IMG/VR virus record: IMGVR_UViG_3300023179_000148
Coordinates: 1-52,418 of that record
Strand: one strand, 5' to 3'
Length of the DNA: 52,418 bases
From: a virus
Lineage: Duplodnaviria > Caudoviricetes
The position numbers were made by a program, and so were the translations under genes. Shown here piece by piece: positions 1 through 11,948 of the stretch. The notes below the pieces were generated by a model. That model searched no databases. It had not been told where the DNA came from and was given only the letters and a program-made list of their open reading frames with translations. Numbering within the stretch: position 1 is the first letter of the stretch; each line of letters begins with the position of its first letter.

Positions 1-1059
<1,059 letters not shown>

Positions 1060-1107
1060 TTTAATAAGAATTTAGAGTTTAATTTTATTTTAATCACCTT
1101 TTTTATC

Positions 1108-1118
1108 TAGTGTAAAAT
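1108..1118 (+). promoter_or_regulatory. Putative -10 promoter element TAGTG-TAAAAT
   Basis: TAnnnT hexamer in an AT-rich intergenic gap. Similar 11-mers lie at 13175-13185 (+), 18590-18600 (-) and 46971-46981 (-). Confidence 0.45.
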
Positions 1119-1161
1119 TGGCTTTGGGAATCATCCCACTCGAGTGAAATGAGAAAAATCT

Positions 1162-3543
1162 ATGCCAATTAATTTCCCAGACTCGCCGTCCGTAAATCAG
1201 ACGTTCACATCTGGAACAACAACTTGGCGTTGGAATGGCACAGTATGGCTAGTAGTTCGTGACTTTGCCCCAACGGGTGCAGTCGGAAATACAGGTCCTA
1301 CAGGTGCTACAGGACAAACTGGTGCAACAGGCGCAGTTGGTAACACAGGAGCACAAGGCAACACTGGTGTAACTGGGCAAACTGGCGCAGTCGGTAACAC
1401 AGGTGCAATCGGTAATACAGGTGCAAATGGTAATACTGGTGCAACAGGTGAAACTGGTGCAATCGGTAATACAGGTGCAGTCGGTAATACAGGTGCAGTT
1501 GGAAATACTGGCGCAGTTGGTAACACAGGAGCAACTGGTAATACAGGTGCTGTAGGTAATACAGGTGTAACAGGTGCTGTAGGTGAAACTGGCGCAGTTG
1601 GTAACACAGGTCCTACAGGTATTACTGGATACACTGGCCCAACTGGTCAAACTGGTGCTGTCGGTCAAACTGGTGCGCAAGGTAATACTGGTGCAACTGG
1701 TGATGCTGGCGCAACTGGTGCAACTGGTGCACAAGGTAACTTTGGTGGTATTACTGTTGAATACAACTTTAGTACTAACACCATTGTTTCCGACCCAGGT
1801 TCTGGCAACGTAAAGTTCAACAACGCTAACGTATCTCTTGCGTCAAAGATGTCTATTGATGACGAAGATGGTAATGCAGTAGATATTCAATCAATGCTGC
1901 GTACAATTGATGACTCAACAAGCACAATCAAGGGTCACTTACGTATATCAAATAAAGCAGATTCTACAGATTTTGCTTTACTTACAATCAGCGGACTTAC
2001 AGAGCAATCAGGCTACTTTGAAGTAGATGTTGCTTATGTATCTGGCTCATCAACATCATTTACAAATGGTGAAGATGTAATTATCACTTTTGCAAGAACA
2101 GGTGATGCTGGTGCACAAGGTAATACTGGTGCACAAGGTAACACTGGTGCTACAGGTATCACTGGTGCTACTGGAGCAATCGGTAATACTGGAGCAACAG
2201 GCCCAACTGGTGAAGTTGGTAATACTGGTGCAACTGGAAATACTGGTGCGGTTGGTAATACAGGCGCGGTCGGTAATACAGGTGCAACAGGATTAACTGG
2301 TGTAACTGGTGCACAAGGTAACACTGGTGTAACAGGTGCTACTGGTGATACAGGTGCAATCGGTAATACAGGTGCAAATGGTAATACAGGAGCGCAAGGT
2401 AATACTGGTGTAACAGGTCAAACTGGTGCAACTGGAAACACTGGAGCAACTGGTAATACTGGTGCTACTGGTCTTACTGGTGTAACTGGTGCTACTGGTA
2501 ACACAGGTTCTAATGGAACATTTGCAACAACTGATGCAACACCTCCAACAAGCCCATCTCCTGTAACTGGAGATTCATGGTTTGATCCTACAAACGGTAT
2601 CGTATTTGTTTACTACGATGGTTTCTGGGTTGAAGCAGTTGGTGGAAACGTAGGTCCTACAGGTATTACTGGTCCTACAGGTGCAGTTGGTAACACAGGT
2701 GCACAGGGTAACTTCGGTGGCGCAACATTTAAGTATGCGTTCGATACAAATACCGCAGACTCAGATCCAGGCGCAGGTGATGTCAAGTTCAGTAATGCGA
2801 ACGTGTCACTAGCATCATACATGTACATCAATAAGACAGACGCAGATGCATCAGATATCTCGTCATTCTTAACAACTATTGATGATTCAACAAGCCCAAT
2901 TAAGGGTCACTTAAAGCTAACAAACATCTCTAACTCCAACGATTATGCATTGTTTACAATTGTAAATAACAGCATCACAAGTGGAGATTATTTCAAGGTG
3001 GCTGTTGCTTACGTATCAGGCTCAACGTCGTTCTCAGCGGCAGAGTCCGTTACAATTACGTTTGCCCGAACAGGTGACGTCGGTGCCGCAGGCGCTACTG
3101 GTGCAGTTGGAAATACTGGCGCAGTTGGTAACACAGGAGCAACTGGTAATACAGGTGCTGTTGGTAATACTGGAGCAACTGGTAATACTGGCGCAACTGG
3201 AAATACTGGTGCAACTGGTTCAAATGCAGTACTCACACTAGTTACAAATGCACAGACTGGTACTACATACACACTTGTACTTGCAGATGTTAATAAGCTC
3301 GTTGAGCTTAACAACGCCTCAGCAATTGCGTTGACAGTTCCAACAAACGCAGCACTTGCTGGGTTTAACGTTGGAGACCAGATTAACCTTCTTCAAACTG
3401 GAGCAGGTCAGGTCACAGTCGGAGGAGCTGGAGTTACCATCAACGGTACGCCAGGTCTTAAGCTTCGTGCACAGTGGTCATCGGCTACGCTGATTAAGCG
3501 TGCAACCGATACATGGGTACTTGTTGGAGATCTCTCCGCATAA
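1162..3543 (+). CDS. Collagen-like fibre protein (793 aa) with duplicated globular domains
   Basis: Long GXT runs. Two copies of a globular domain (GNFGG...[18 protein letters not shown]...TIDDSTSxIKGHL...TFARTGD). N-terminal MPINFPDSP motif and a C-terminal TYTLVLAD...WVLVGDL domain. Confidence 0.85.
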   Translation: MPINFPDSPSVNQTFTSGTTTWRWNGTVWLVVRDFAPTGAVGNTGPTGATGQTGATGAVGNTGAQGNTGVTGQTGAVGNTGAIGNTGANGNTGATGETGAIGNTGAVGNTGAVGNTGAVGNTGATGNTGAVGNTGVTGAVGETGAVGNTGPTGITGYTGPTGQTGAVGQTGAQGNTGATGDAGATGATGAQGNFGGITVEYNFSTNTIVSDPGSGNVKFNNANVSLASKMSIDDEDGNAVDIQSMLRTIDDSTSTIKGHLRISNKADSTDFALLTISGLTEQSGYFEVDVAYVSGSSTSFTNGEDVIITFARTGDAGAQGNTGAQGNTGATGITGATGAIGNTGATGPTGEVGNTGATGNTGAVGNTGAVGNTGATGLTGVTGAQGNTGVTGATGDTGAIGNTGANGNTGAQGNTGVTGQTGATGNTGATGNTGATGLTGVTGATGNTGSNGTFATTDATPPTSPSPVTGDSWFDPTNGIVFVYYDGFWVEAVGGNVGPTGITGPTGAVGNTGAQGNFGGATFKYAFDTNTADSDPGAGDVKFSNANVSLASYMYINKTDADASDISSFLTTIDDSTSPIKGHLKLTNISNSNDYALFTIVNNSITSGDYFKVAVAYVSGSTSFSAAESVTITFARTGDVGAAGATGAVGNTGAVGNTGATGNTGAVGNTGATGNTGATGNTGATGSNAVLTLVTNAQTGTTYTLVLADVNKLVELNNASAIALTVPTNAALAGFNVGDQINLLQTGAGQVTVGGAGVTINGTPGLKLRAQWSSATLIKRATDTWVLVGDLSA

Positions 3544-3557
3544 CCTAGAAATTAAGT

Positions 3558-3600
3558 AGAAACTGCCCATCTTTTTACGAAGGTGGGCAGTTTCTTTTAT
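3558..3600 (+). terminator. Rho-independent terminator
   Basis: Stem AGAAACTGCCCATCTT / AAGGTGGGCAGTTTCT (one G-U) running into a T-tract, 15 nt after the stop at 3543. Confidence 0.8.
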
Positions 3601-3651
3601 ATAGAAAGTTCAAATTTATAGTATAGTAGTGCTATCCTTTTGCTGAAGTAA

Positions 3652-5085
<1,434 letters not shown>

Positions 5086-5101
5086 GGAAAGGTAGTAACT
5101 A

Positions 5102-5416
5102 ATGGCTACAACAAGCAAGACGCTGGCTAGGACAGCAGCGGCAACAAGCAATACTACCCTATATACAGTACCTACTACTAGCACAACTACAGTAGTTACA
5201 GATATAGTGGTTACAAATACAGCAGCCTCAGCAGCAACATTTACATTAAATCTTGATGCTGTTGCAGTTTTAAGCGGAGTATCTCTGTCCGCAAATTCAT
5301 CCGCCTTCTTTAGTTTAAAGCAGGTACTTCAAGCAAATGCTACACCAAAGACAATCTCTGGTAGTGCATCTGCCGTAACAGTTAATTTTCATATTAGCGG
5401 AGTGGAGATAGTATAA
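5102..5416 (+). CDS. Small beta-rich virion protein (putative fibre adaptor)
   Basis: 104 aa, Thr/Ala/Val-rich, AAGG-type SD upstream, TAATG overlap with the next gene. Confidence 0.65.
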   Translation: MATTSKTLARTAAATSNTTLYTVPTTSTTTVVTDIVVTNTAASAATFTLNLDAVAVLSGVSLSANSSAFFSLKQVLQANATPKTISGSASAVTVNFHISGVEIV

Positions 5417-6120
5417 TGTCAACGAGCGTATATCCAGTACCTTTATCAGGTATTCAGGAAACACTATTAGCAGCCAAAGGTGATTTAATATCTGCAACCG
5501 CTAATGACACACCAGCAATTTTAAGCGTTGGTTCTAACGACCAAGTACTTACTGCAGACAGTTCAACTGCTACAGGACTTAAATGGGCTGCTGCAGCAGG
5601 TGGTGGTTCTAATTTTTCTTTGCTTAATTCAGGAAACACAGATGTAAGTGGAAGTTCAACTAAAACTATTTCAGGAATTTCTGGAGTAGATAAAGTTCTT
5701 ATTATAGTAGATTATGTAAGACTTGGTGCGGCTGGTTATGTTTGGATTAGATATAATACTGATACAAGCACATCAAATTACATAGATGCTGGACAAAGAA
5801 ATTTGGGGCCAGACTCTTATGATAATTCTAATAGTCAAGGTATTATACATACCAATCTTGGATATTTTAGATTAGGATATGTTCCTAGTAGTGCATCAGG
5901 AGCGTATGGAACAGTTTTATTAACTGGCGCTAATTCAACTGGACTAAAATATATATCTTTAGATGGTGGAGCCAATAACGATGGCGGTACCCACGGTCAA
6001 GGTCAATTTAGCACACAAGGTCTTTATAAAGGTACTAGCACAATTTCAAGTGTTTCCATTATTAACTCATCTGGTGGTAATTTTAGTAGTGGCAATGTTT
6101 ATGTTTATACAAGTGCATAA
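5416..6120 (+). CDS. Putative fibre tip / receptor-binding protein, paralogue 1
   Basis: Core KGDLI.A...VGSNDQVLTADSSTATGLKWA shared with 6425-7174 and 7389-8048, followed by a variable beta-rich domain. Confidence 0.7.
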   Translation: MSTSVYPVPLSGIQETLLAAKGDLISATANDTPAILSVGSNDQVLTADSSTATGLKWAAAAGGGSNFSLLNSGNTDVSGSSTKTISGISGVDKVLIIVDYVRLGAAGYVWIRYNTDTSTSNYIDAGQRNLGPDSYDNSNSQGIIHTNLGYFRLGYVPSSASGAYGTVLLTGANSTGLKYISLDGGANNDGGTHGQGQFSTQGLYKGTSTISSVSIINSSGGNFSSGNVYVYTSA

Positions 6121-6134
6121 GGAGAAATAAATAT

Positions 6135-6356
6135 ATGGAGATAACAATAAAAGAATTTAATGCTCAAACTGGTGAAGAAATTGTAATAACACGTGAAGAA
6201 ACTGAACAAGAAAAATTACAACGTGAACAGTCTCAAATCGAAGTAGAGCAAATACAAGCCAAAGCCGAAGCAAAAGCACAGGCCAAAGCAATAGCACAGG
6301 CTAAACTGACTGCTCTTGGTCTAACTGTTAGTGATTTAGAGGCTTTAGGTCTATAA
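6135..6356 (+). CDS. Small partner protein (putative fibre assembly chaperone), paralogue 1
   Basis: AAGGAG SD; N..TGE...Glu/Ala/Lys helix...LGLT pattern shared with 7174-7389 and 8048-8257. Confidence 0.65.
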   Translation: MEITIKEFNAQTGEEIVITREETEQEKLQREQSQIEVEQIQAKAEAKAQAKAIAQAKLTALGLTVSDLEALGL

Positions 6357-6359
6357 CAC

Positions 6360-6390
6360 TATTATCCTGAGCAAGATAATAAACTGCTCA
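6360..6390 (+). promoter_or_regulatory. Candidate H-type RNA pseudoknot in an intergenic leader
   Basis: Stem 1: TATTATC(6360-6366)/GATAATA(6375-6381). Stem 2: loop TGAGCA(6368-6373)/TGCTCA(6385-6390). Confidence 0.55.
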
Positions 6391-6424
6391 ACTAAATTTA
6401 CCTTAAGGAGAACAAAGGAAACTA

Positions 6425-7174
6425 ATGGCAACTATATCTAATACACCTAGACCAGGGTATGTATGGGACTCAACAGACAATGTTTGGTATCCTATAGGTA
6501 CTGGTCCGCATACACACGCTGACTACATTACATCTGGCTCTGCAATCAATCCTAATATTGTAGATGCTAAGGGTGACATCATTGCAGCCACTGCTGCTGA
6601 TACAGTTGCCAGACTTGCTGTTGGTTCTAATGACCAAGTACTTACCGCAGACAGTTCAACTGCTACTGGTTTGAAGTGGGCTACCCCTGCTGCTGGTGGA
6701 ATGACTTTATTATCAACTACTTCATTATCAGGAACATCAACAACTGTATCCTCTATCAGCCAAAGTTACAAAACATTATTTATTGTAGTGAGAGGTGTTT
6801 ATTCATCTGCTACTGGGTCAATTTATTTAAGAGTAAATGGTGATACCGCTTCAAATTATTATTTTGTGGTTTATACTACTCAAGGTAATGGCGGTTCAAG
6901 CACAGAACAAGGAACTCCTGGAACTCAATATGAATTTTCACACAGTTCAACTGCAAGTGGCGCTTTAGATGTTACTTATGCACAGGTAACAATTCCCGCA
7001 TATACAGAAACAAGAACAAAACAATTTAATAGTTGGCACGGCAATAAACATTCAGGTTCTCCATTTTTCAAATGGGGATGTTGTAATTACAGTGGCACTG
7101 CTGCTATTACCCAAATAACAATTAATCACCCAACACCAACCGCAGGTGAAGTGTTGATTTATGGAGTTGCATAA
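6425..7174 (+). CDS. Putative fibre tip / receptor-binding protein, paralogue 2
   Basis: Same conserved core, then GGMTLLSTTSLS and a variable domain ending GEVLIYGVA. It carries an extra N-terminal extension. Confidence 0.7.
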   Translation: MATISNTPRPGYVWDSTDNVWYPIGTGPHTHADYITSGSAINPNIVDAKGDIIAATAADTVARLAVGSNDQVLTADSSTATGLKWATPAAGGMTLLSTTSLSGTSTTVSSISQSYKTLFIVVRGVYSSATGSIYLRVNGDTASNYYFVVYTTQGNGGSSTEQGTPGTQYEFSHSSTASGALDVTYAQVTIPAYTETRTKQFNSWHGNKHSGSPFFKWGCCNYSGTAAITQITINHPTPTAGEVLIYGVA

Positions 7175-7389
7175 TGACTAGACCAATTACAAGAATACAT
7201 AATACTGAAACAGATGAAATCATTGATAGAGAAATGACTGATGCTGAATTTGAAGTTTATCAATCAGACCAAGCGGCAGAACAAGCAAAGCAAGCCGAAG
7301 CCGAAGCAAAGGCAGCCCAACGCCAAGCACTATTAAACCGTCTTGGTATCACAGAAGAAGAAGCAAGAATCCTACTAGGAGGTAACTAA
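7174..7389 (+). CDS. Small partner protein (putative fibre assembly chaperone), paralogue 2
   Basis: IHNTETDEIIDREMT...LGITEEEA; TAATG overlaps on both sides. Confidence 0.65.
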   Translation: MTRPITRIHNTETDEIIDREMTDAEFEVYQSDQAAEQAKQAEAEAKAAQRQALLNRLGITEEEARILLGGN

Positions 7390-8048
7390 TGCCAATAACT
7401 AAAGCAACGGCTAGTTCGGTAGCACCAGCAGCCAAGGGAGACCTTGTTGTAGGTAGTGCCACTAATGATGCCGCAGTATTAGGAGTAGGTTCTAATGACC
7501 AGGTATTAACTGCTGATAGTAGTACTGCTACAGGACTTAAGTGGGCAACTGCCTCTAGTGGTGGTATGACTTTGATTAGCACTACGACTCTATCAAACAG
7601 GCAAACCGATATAACTTCAATTCCTGGTACATACAATAATTTGGTATTAGTTATTAATGGCGCCAATTTCCCTACTTATAATACTCAAATTGATTTAAGA
7701 CCTAATGGTGATACAGATAAGGTCACTACCGATAATAGACAAAATAGCGGTGGCTCAAATAACTCTAATGCTACAACTGCTGGGGCGCTTAATTTATCGG
7801 GTACCTACAACATATCAAATAGTAGTAGCGCCAACACTTTTGTTGTTACAATATATAATTATGCAACTAGTAGTTACTTCAAACCAATTACTAATTTTGG
7901 ATACTTACAACAATTAGGTGGCACTCAAACAGCAGTAGGTGCTTGGGGAGGCTATGCAAGCAATAGCGCCATTACAAGTATTACTTTATATCTTGGACAA
8001 AATGTCAGTTACAATTCAGGTCAAGTTCTATTGTATGGAGTTAAATAA
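7389..8048 (+). CDS. Putative fibre tip / receptor-binding protein, paralogue 3
   Basis: Same conserved core, then GGMTLISTTTLS; ends GQVLLYGVK. Confidence 0.7.
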   Translation: MPITKATASSVAPAAKGDLVVGSATNDAAVLGVGSNDQVLTADSSTATGLKWATASSGGMTLISTTTLSNRQTDITSIPGTYNNLVLVINGANFPTYNTQIDLRPNGDTDKVTTDNRQNSGGSNNSNATTAGALNLSGTYNISNSSSANTFVVTIYNYATSSYFKPITNFGYLQQLGGTQTAVGAWGGYASNSAITSITLYLGQNVSYNSGQVLLYGVK

Positions 8049-8257
8049 TGAGTACAAATAAAAAAACAGTTGTTAACTGCGAGACTGGTGAAGTTTATGA
8101 AGTAGATTTAACACCAGAGGAAATAGAAATAAATCGCATTGAGGATGAAAAAGTAGCAAATGCGATAGCCGAAGCAGAAGCAAAGGCTGCTGCTAAGGCA
8201 GCACTACTAGCACAACTAGGTATTACAGAAGAGCAGGCAAAACTTTTACTTTCTTAA
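8048..8257 (+). CDS. Small partner protein (putative fibre assembly chaperone), paralogue 3
   Basis: VVNCETGEV...LGITEEQAKLLL; TAATG overlap. Confidence 0.65.
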   Translation: MSTNKKTVVNCETGEVYEVDLTPEEIEINRIEDEKVANAIAEAEAKAAAKAALLAQLGITEEQAKLLLS

Positions 8258-8367
8258 CTAGGGAGAACCGTGTCCTACCGTGATATACCCGAGGACCGCG
8301 TAGGCACGCGGGTTGCCTCAAATATGGGCAGTGAAACACCCGCCGCAGGGCGATCACCGCAGGTAAA

Positions 8368-8387
8368 ACCTACTATAATACGTAGGT
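8368..8387 (+). promoter_or_regulatory. TATAAT box enclosed by inverted repeat ACCTAC/GTAGGT
   Basis: ACCTAC-TATAATAC-GTAGGT lies directly upstream of the AGGAGG SD of the gene at 8402. Confidence 0.5.
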
Positions 8388-8401
8388 AACCAGGAGGAAC
8401 C

Positions 8402-8677
8402 ATGCCCGCAATAGATTTTCCAAACTCGCCGTCAATCAATGACACACATACCGTTGGCAACCGTGTTTGGAAGTGGAACGGCACCGTGTGGGAGGTCGTT
8501 CGCTCGACCGTTCCGTACTCAACGGGTGCAACGGGTGCAACGGGTGCAACGGGTGCAACTGGAAATACAGGTGCAACAGGTAATACGGGTACTGCAGGTT
8601 CTAGTATAACTGGAAACACAGGAGCGGTTGACTACACAGACGCCAACGCGGCTTTTGGTTTTCAAATATTTTCATGA
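8402..8677 (+). CDS. Mini collagen-like protein (91 aa)
   Basis: AGGAGG SD; MPAIDFPNSP...WKWNGTVW N-terminal motif shared with 1162 and 3661; about 9 GXT triplets. Confidence 0.75.
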   Translation: MPAIDFPNSPSINDTHTVGNRVWKWNGTVWEVVRSTVPYSTGATGATGATGATGNTGATGNTGTAGSSITGNTGAVDYTDANAAFGFQIFS

Positions 8678-8701
8678 TAACTACCAAGGAGAAATAAACA
8701 A

Positions 8702-9061
8702 ATGGCAACTACAATAGCTCGTATTCCACTTTCAGGATCTACTCACGGACGTGGTATCAAGGTTGCCGCGACCGCATCAGCAGGCGACACAATTCACACC
8801 GCGACGTCATCAACGACCGACTGTGATGTTGTTACTCTTTATGCGTACAACTCAAGTGGTTCTGCCGTAAACCTAACGCTGCAGTGGGGTGGTACAACCG
8901 CAGTTGACGATGACATCAAGCTTTCAATTCCTGCAACCTCAGGTTTAACGCTGGTTGTTCCTGACCTGGTACTTCGCAACTCTTTGATTGTGAAGGCATA
9001 CGCTGGTACAACAAACGTTGTAACAATTCACGGATACGTAAACCGCGTAGCAACTACCTGA
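8702..9061 (+). CDS. Small beta-rich virion protein (putative fibre adaptor)
   Basis: AAGGAG SD; 119 aa, beta-rich; same position and similar size as 5102-5416. Confidence 0.65.
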   Translation: MATTIARIPLSGSTHGRGIKVAATASAGDTIHTATSSTTDCDVVTLYAYNSSGSAVNLTLQWGGTTAVDDDIKLSIPATSGLTLVVPDLVLRNSLIVKAYAGTTNVVTIHGYVNRVATT

Positions 9062-9075
9062 TAGGAGCTTAGCGC

Positions 9076-10062
9076 GTGTCGCTAATCAGTCGAATATTAA
9101 AGGCTAACCCGTCAGCGCAGGTTTCAAGCGTGCTAACTGGTAGTTTTACCGTGCCTTCTGCTAAAGCTGCTTTTATTAACACAGGTACTAGAGGTATACT
9201 TGCTGGCGGTAGAAATACTGCTGGAACTTATCTAAACTCTATAGATTATATTGATATTGCGACTACAGGCAACGCAACTGACTTTGGCGATGCTTCGCGT
9301 GTTTTTGGTTATAGTGCTTGTTGTAGTTCTAATACAAGAGGTGTTATTGCTTTAGGTGCAACTACTAGCAGCACTCTTGCCAATATAGAATATATAACTA
9401 TAGCGACTACTGGTAATACTACAAACTTCGGTGATACAACACAAGCAAGAAGTGGATTTGGCGGTTGCGGTAACACAACTAGAGGTCTATTTGGTGGTGG
9501 TGAAAGTGGTAGTCAATATAATATTATTGACTACGTAACAATAGCCACCACTGGAAATGCCACAGACTTTGGTGACTTAACTCAATCAAAGAATGGAGTT
9601 AGCGCTTGTTCATCTTCAACTAGAGGTATATGGCAAGGTGGAGATCCTAGCGGAAACACTAATGTTATTGAATATGTTACTATTGATAGCGCAGGTAACG
9701 CCACGAATTTTGGTAGTTTAACAGAAAGCTGTTCTTATACAGGTAGTTGTTCATCAACAACAAGAGCCTTAAGAGGTGGTGGTAGAAACCCAAATCCAAG
9801 CAACGTTATAGACTACATAACAATAGCCACCACAGGTAATGCTACCGACTTTGGTGATCTAACAGCAGCAAGACAAGATCTTGCTGGTGCCTGCTCTACC
9901 TATACTAGAGGTATTTTTAGTGGTGGATGGACTGGTTCGGCTACATCAAACATCATTGACTATGTAACAATAGCCACTACTGGCAACGCAACAGATTTTG
10001 GTGATCTAACAGAAGATCGCAGATTAGGCGCTGGTATGTCAAACGGACATGGAGGACTCTAA
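9076..10062 (+). CDS. Kelch-like beta-propeller repeat protein (6 repeats)
   Basis: Six repeats of RG(LIV)xxGG...I(D/E)Y(I/V)TIATTGNATDFGD; AGGAG SD with GTG start. Confidence 0.75.
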   Translation: MSLISRILKANPSAQVSSVLTGSFTVPSAKAAFINTGTRGILAGGRNTAGTYLNSIDYIDIATTGNATDFGDASRVFGYSACCSSNTRGVIALGATTSSTLANIEYITIATTGNTTNFGDTTQARSGFGGCGNTTRGLFGGGESGSQYNIIDYVTIATTGNATDFGDLTQSKNGVSACSSSTRGIWQGGDPSGNTNVIEYVTIDSAGNATNFGSLTESCSYTGSCSSTTRALRGGGRNPNPSNVIDYITIATTGNATDFGDLTAARQDLAGACSTYTRGIFSGGWTGSATSNIIDYVTIATTGNATDFGDLTEDRRLGAGMSNGHGGL

Positions 10063-11942
10063 TGCCATATCTACCACAGATTAAGATTCTTGTTCCTAGC
10101 GCACAAGTTTCTACATATACAACTGGGTCTTTTAGTTTGCCTAGTGCTAAGGGTGCATTTGTCACTCCTAACATTGGTGTTTTTACTGGTGGAGAAAATA
10201 ATGGTGCAGTTTTTAGAAATACTATGGATTATATCAATATACAGTCTTTATCCAATGCAACTAATTTTGGTAATCTAACAGTTTCTCGTTCTTATGTTGG
10301 GGGAGTTAGTAGTACAACAAGAGGCGTAGTAGGTGGTGGATACACAGGAACATACCAAAATGAAATGGATTACATAACAATAGCAAGTACTGGAAATGCC
10401 ACAAGTTTTGGAACTTTATCAGTTTCAAGATATGGTCCTAGTGGAGTATCAACTTCTATAAGAGGTATTTTTGGTGGTGGAGAAGGTGCTTCAATGACCA
10501 ATGTATTGGATTACATAACAATTGCTACAACTGGAAACGCCATTGACTTCGGTGACCTAACAGTTGCAAGACACTCAACTAGTTCTTTTCAATCTCCAAC
10601 AAGAGGAGTATTTTCTAGCGGTAATGATGCAAGTAGCACTAATGTTATTGATTATGTAACTATGGCTACAACGGGAAATGCCGTTGATTTTGGTGATGTG
10701 ACTGTTTATAGAAATGGTCTTGGAGGTTGTTCTTCAACAACAAGAGGACTATTTGCTGGTGGAAATGGCGCTGGTGGTTATCAAAATGTCATAGACTATG
10801 TAACCATTGCCACAACAGGTAACGCCACCGATTTTGGTGATTTAAGTGTTGCAAGACTAGGTAATAGTGGAACATCAAACAGTACAAGAGGAGTTTGGGG
10901 TGGTGGTGAAGATGGTAGTAATGGACTAAACACTATTGATTACAACACTATTTCAACAACAGGCAATTCAGTAGACTTTGGTGACTTAAGTGTTGCAAGA
11001 AGAAGATTAGCAGCCGTTTCAGATTCTCATGGAGGTCTTGACCTAGCTACGTTTGAAAGTGGAAGTGGACAGGCATTTAGTGCCTCAGGTTCAAGAAAAA
11101 CATCGGGCGCTGGAGCGATAACGATAGATAGTTTTAACATCACAAACTTCTCATACACAACTACTTTTGGTGACGTTGTTGGAGCCTACGGAGGAAGAGG
11201 TGCTTGTGCATCTAGCACACGAGGTTTACTCTTTGGCGGAGGTAATCCGACAAACGATATTGAGTACTTTGACTTTGCCTCAAAGGGTAACGGAATTAAC
11301 TTTGGAGATTTAAGTAGGGTGTTAGACAGACCAGCAGGTTTAGCAAATGAAACTAGAGGAATATGTGCCAACGGAAGTAACGGCAGCAGCACAAACTACT
11401 CGACGATAGAGTATGTAACTATTGCAACTACGGGTAACACAACAAACTTTGGAAACTCTACCCAGGCAGCTCAAGCATCAGGTGGTCTATCCTCTAGCAC
11501 ACGAGGAGTTATGTTTGGCGGAGAAAGTGGAGTTGGTGTTAATAACTACTCAGAAATGGGATATATAACCATTGCCACAACAGGAAATGCATCTACTTTT
11601 GGTCAACTAACAGTCGCAAGATGCTTTGTCTCAGGAGCTGCTTCAACCACAAGAGGCTTGATGGCAGGTGGAATTATCTCTAGTGGTTCGAACGTTATTG
11701 ATTACATAACCATTGCGTCAACAGGTAATGCCACCGACTTTGGTGATTTAACCGTTGCTACGGCAAAAAATCTTAACTGTGGTACCTCAGATAAAGTTAC
11801 TGCAGTCTGGGCAATGAACAATAACAATGATTTATTAGAAAAAGTTACCATCGCGTCAACGGGCAATGCCACAAGCTTTGGAAACTTAGCCGAGAGTAGA
11901 TATGCCTGTGCTATGGTAGGAAATTCACACGGAGGGGTATAA
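10062..11942 (+). CDS. Double Kelch-like beta-propeller repeat protein (12 repeats)
   Basis: Twelve copies of the same repeat in two blocks of six, each block closed by SHGG(L/V). Confidence 0.75.
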   Translation: MPYLPQIKILVPSAQVSTYTTGSFSLPSAKGAFVTPNIGVFTGGENNGAVFRNTMDYINIQSLSNATNFGNLTVSRSYVGGVSSTTRGVVGGGYTGTYQNEMDYITIASTGNATSFGTLSVSRYGPSGVSTSIRGIFGGGEGASMTNVLDYITIATTGNAIDFGDLTVARHSTSSFQSPTRGVFSSGNDASSTNVIDYVTMATTGNAVDFGDVTVYRNGLGGCSSTTRGLFAGGNGAGGYQNVIDYVTIATTGNATDFGDLSVARLGNSGTSNSTRGVWGGGEDGSNGLNTIDYNTISTTGNSVDFGDLSVARRRLAAVSDSHGGLDLATFESGSGQAFSASGSRKTSGAGAITIDSFNITNFSYTTTFGDVVGAYGGRGACASSTRGLLFGGGNPTNDIEYFDFASKGNGINFGDLSRVLDRPAGLANETRGICANGSNGSSTNYSTIEYVTIATTGNTTNFGNSTQAAQASGGLSSSTRGVMFGGESGVGVNNYSEMGYITIATTGNASTFGQLTVARCFVSGAASTTRGLMAGGIISSGSNVIDYITIASTGNATDFGDLTVATAKNLNCGTSDKVTAVWAMNNNNDLLEKVTIASTGNATSFGNLAESRYACAMVGNSHGGV

Positions 11943-11948
11943 GATAAT

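Noticed and set aside
8258-8400. Hammerhead ribozyme or tRNA in the GC-rich gap
   Set aside because: GAAAC is present but the CUGANGA core is not; there is no T-loop GTTCRA or cloverleaf.
5416-11942. Diversity-generating retroelement or invertible shufflon behind the tip variation
   Set aside because: No reverse transcriptase or site-specific recombinase in the window. All cassettes are co-oriented, and the mismatches in the compared repeat pair are synonymous C/T rather than adenine-specific.
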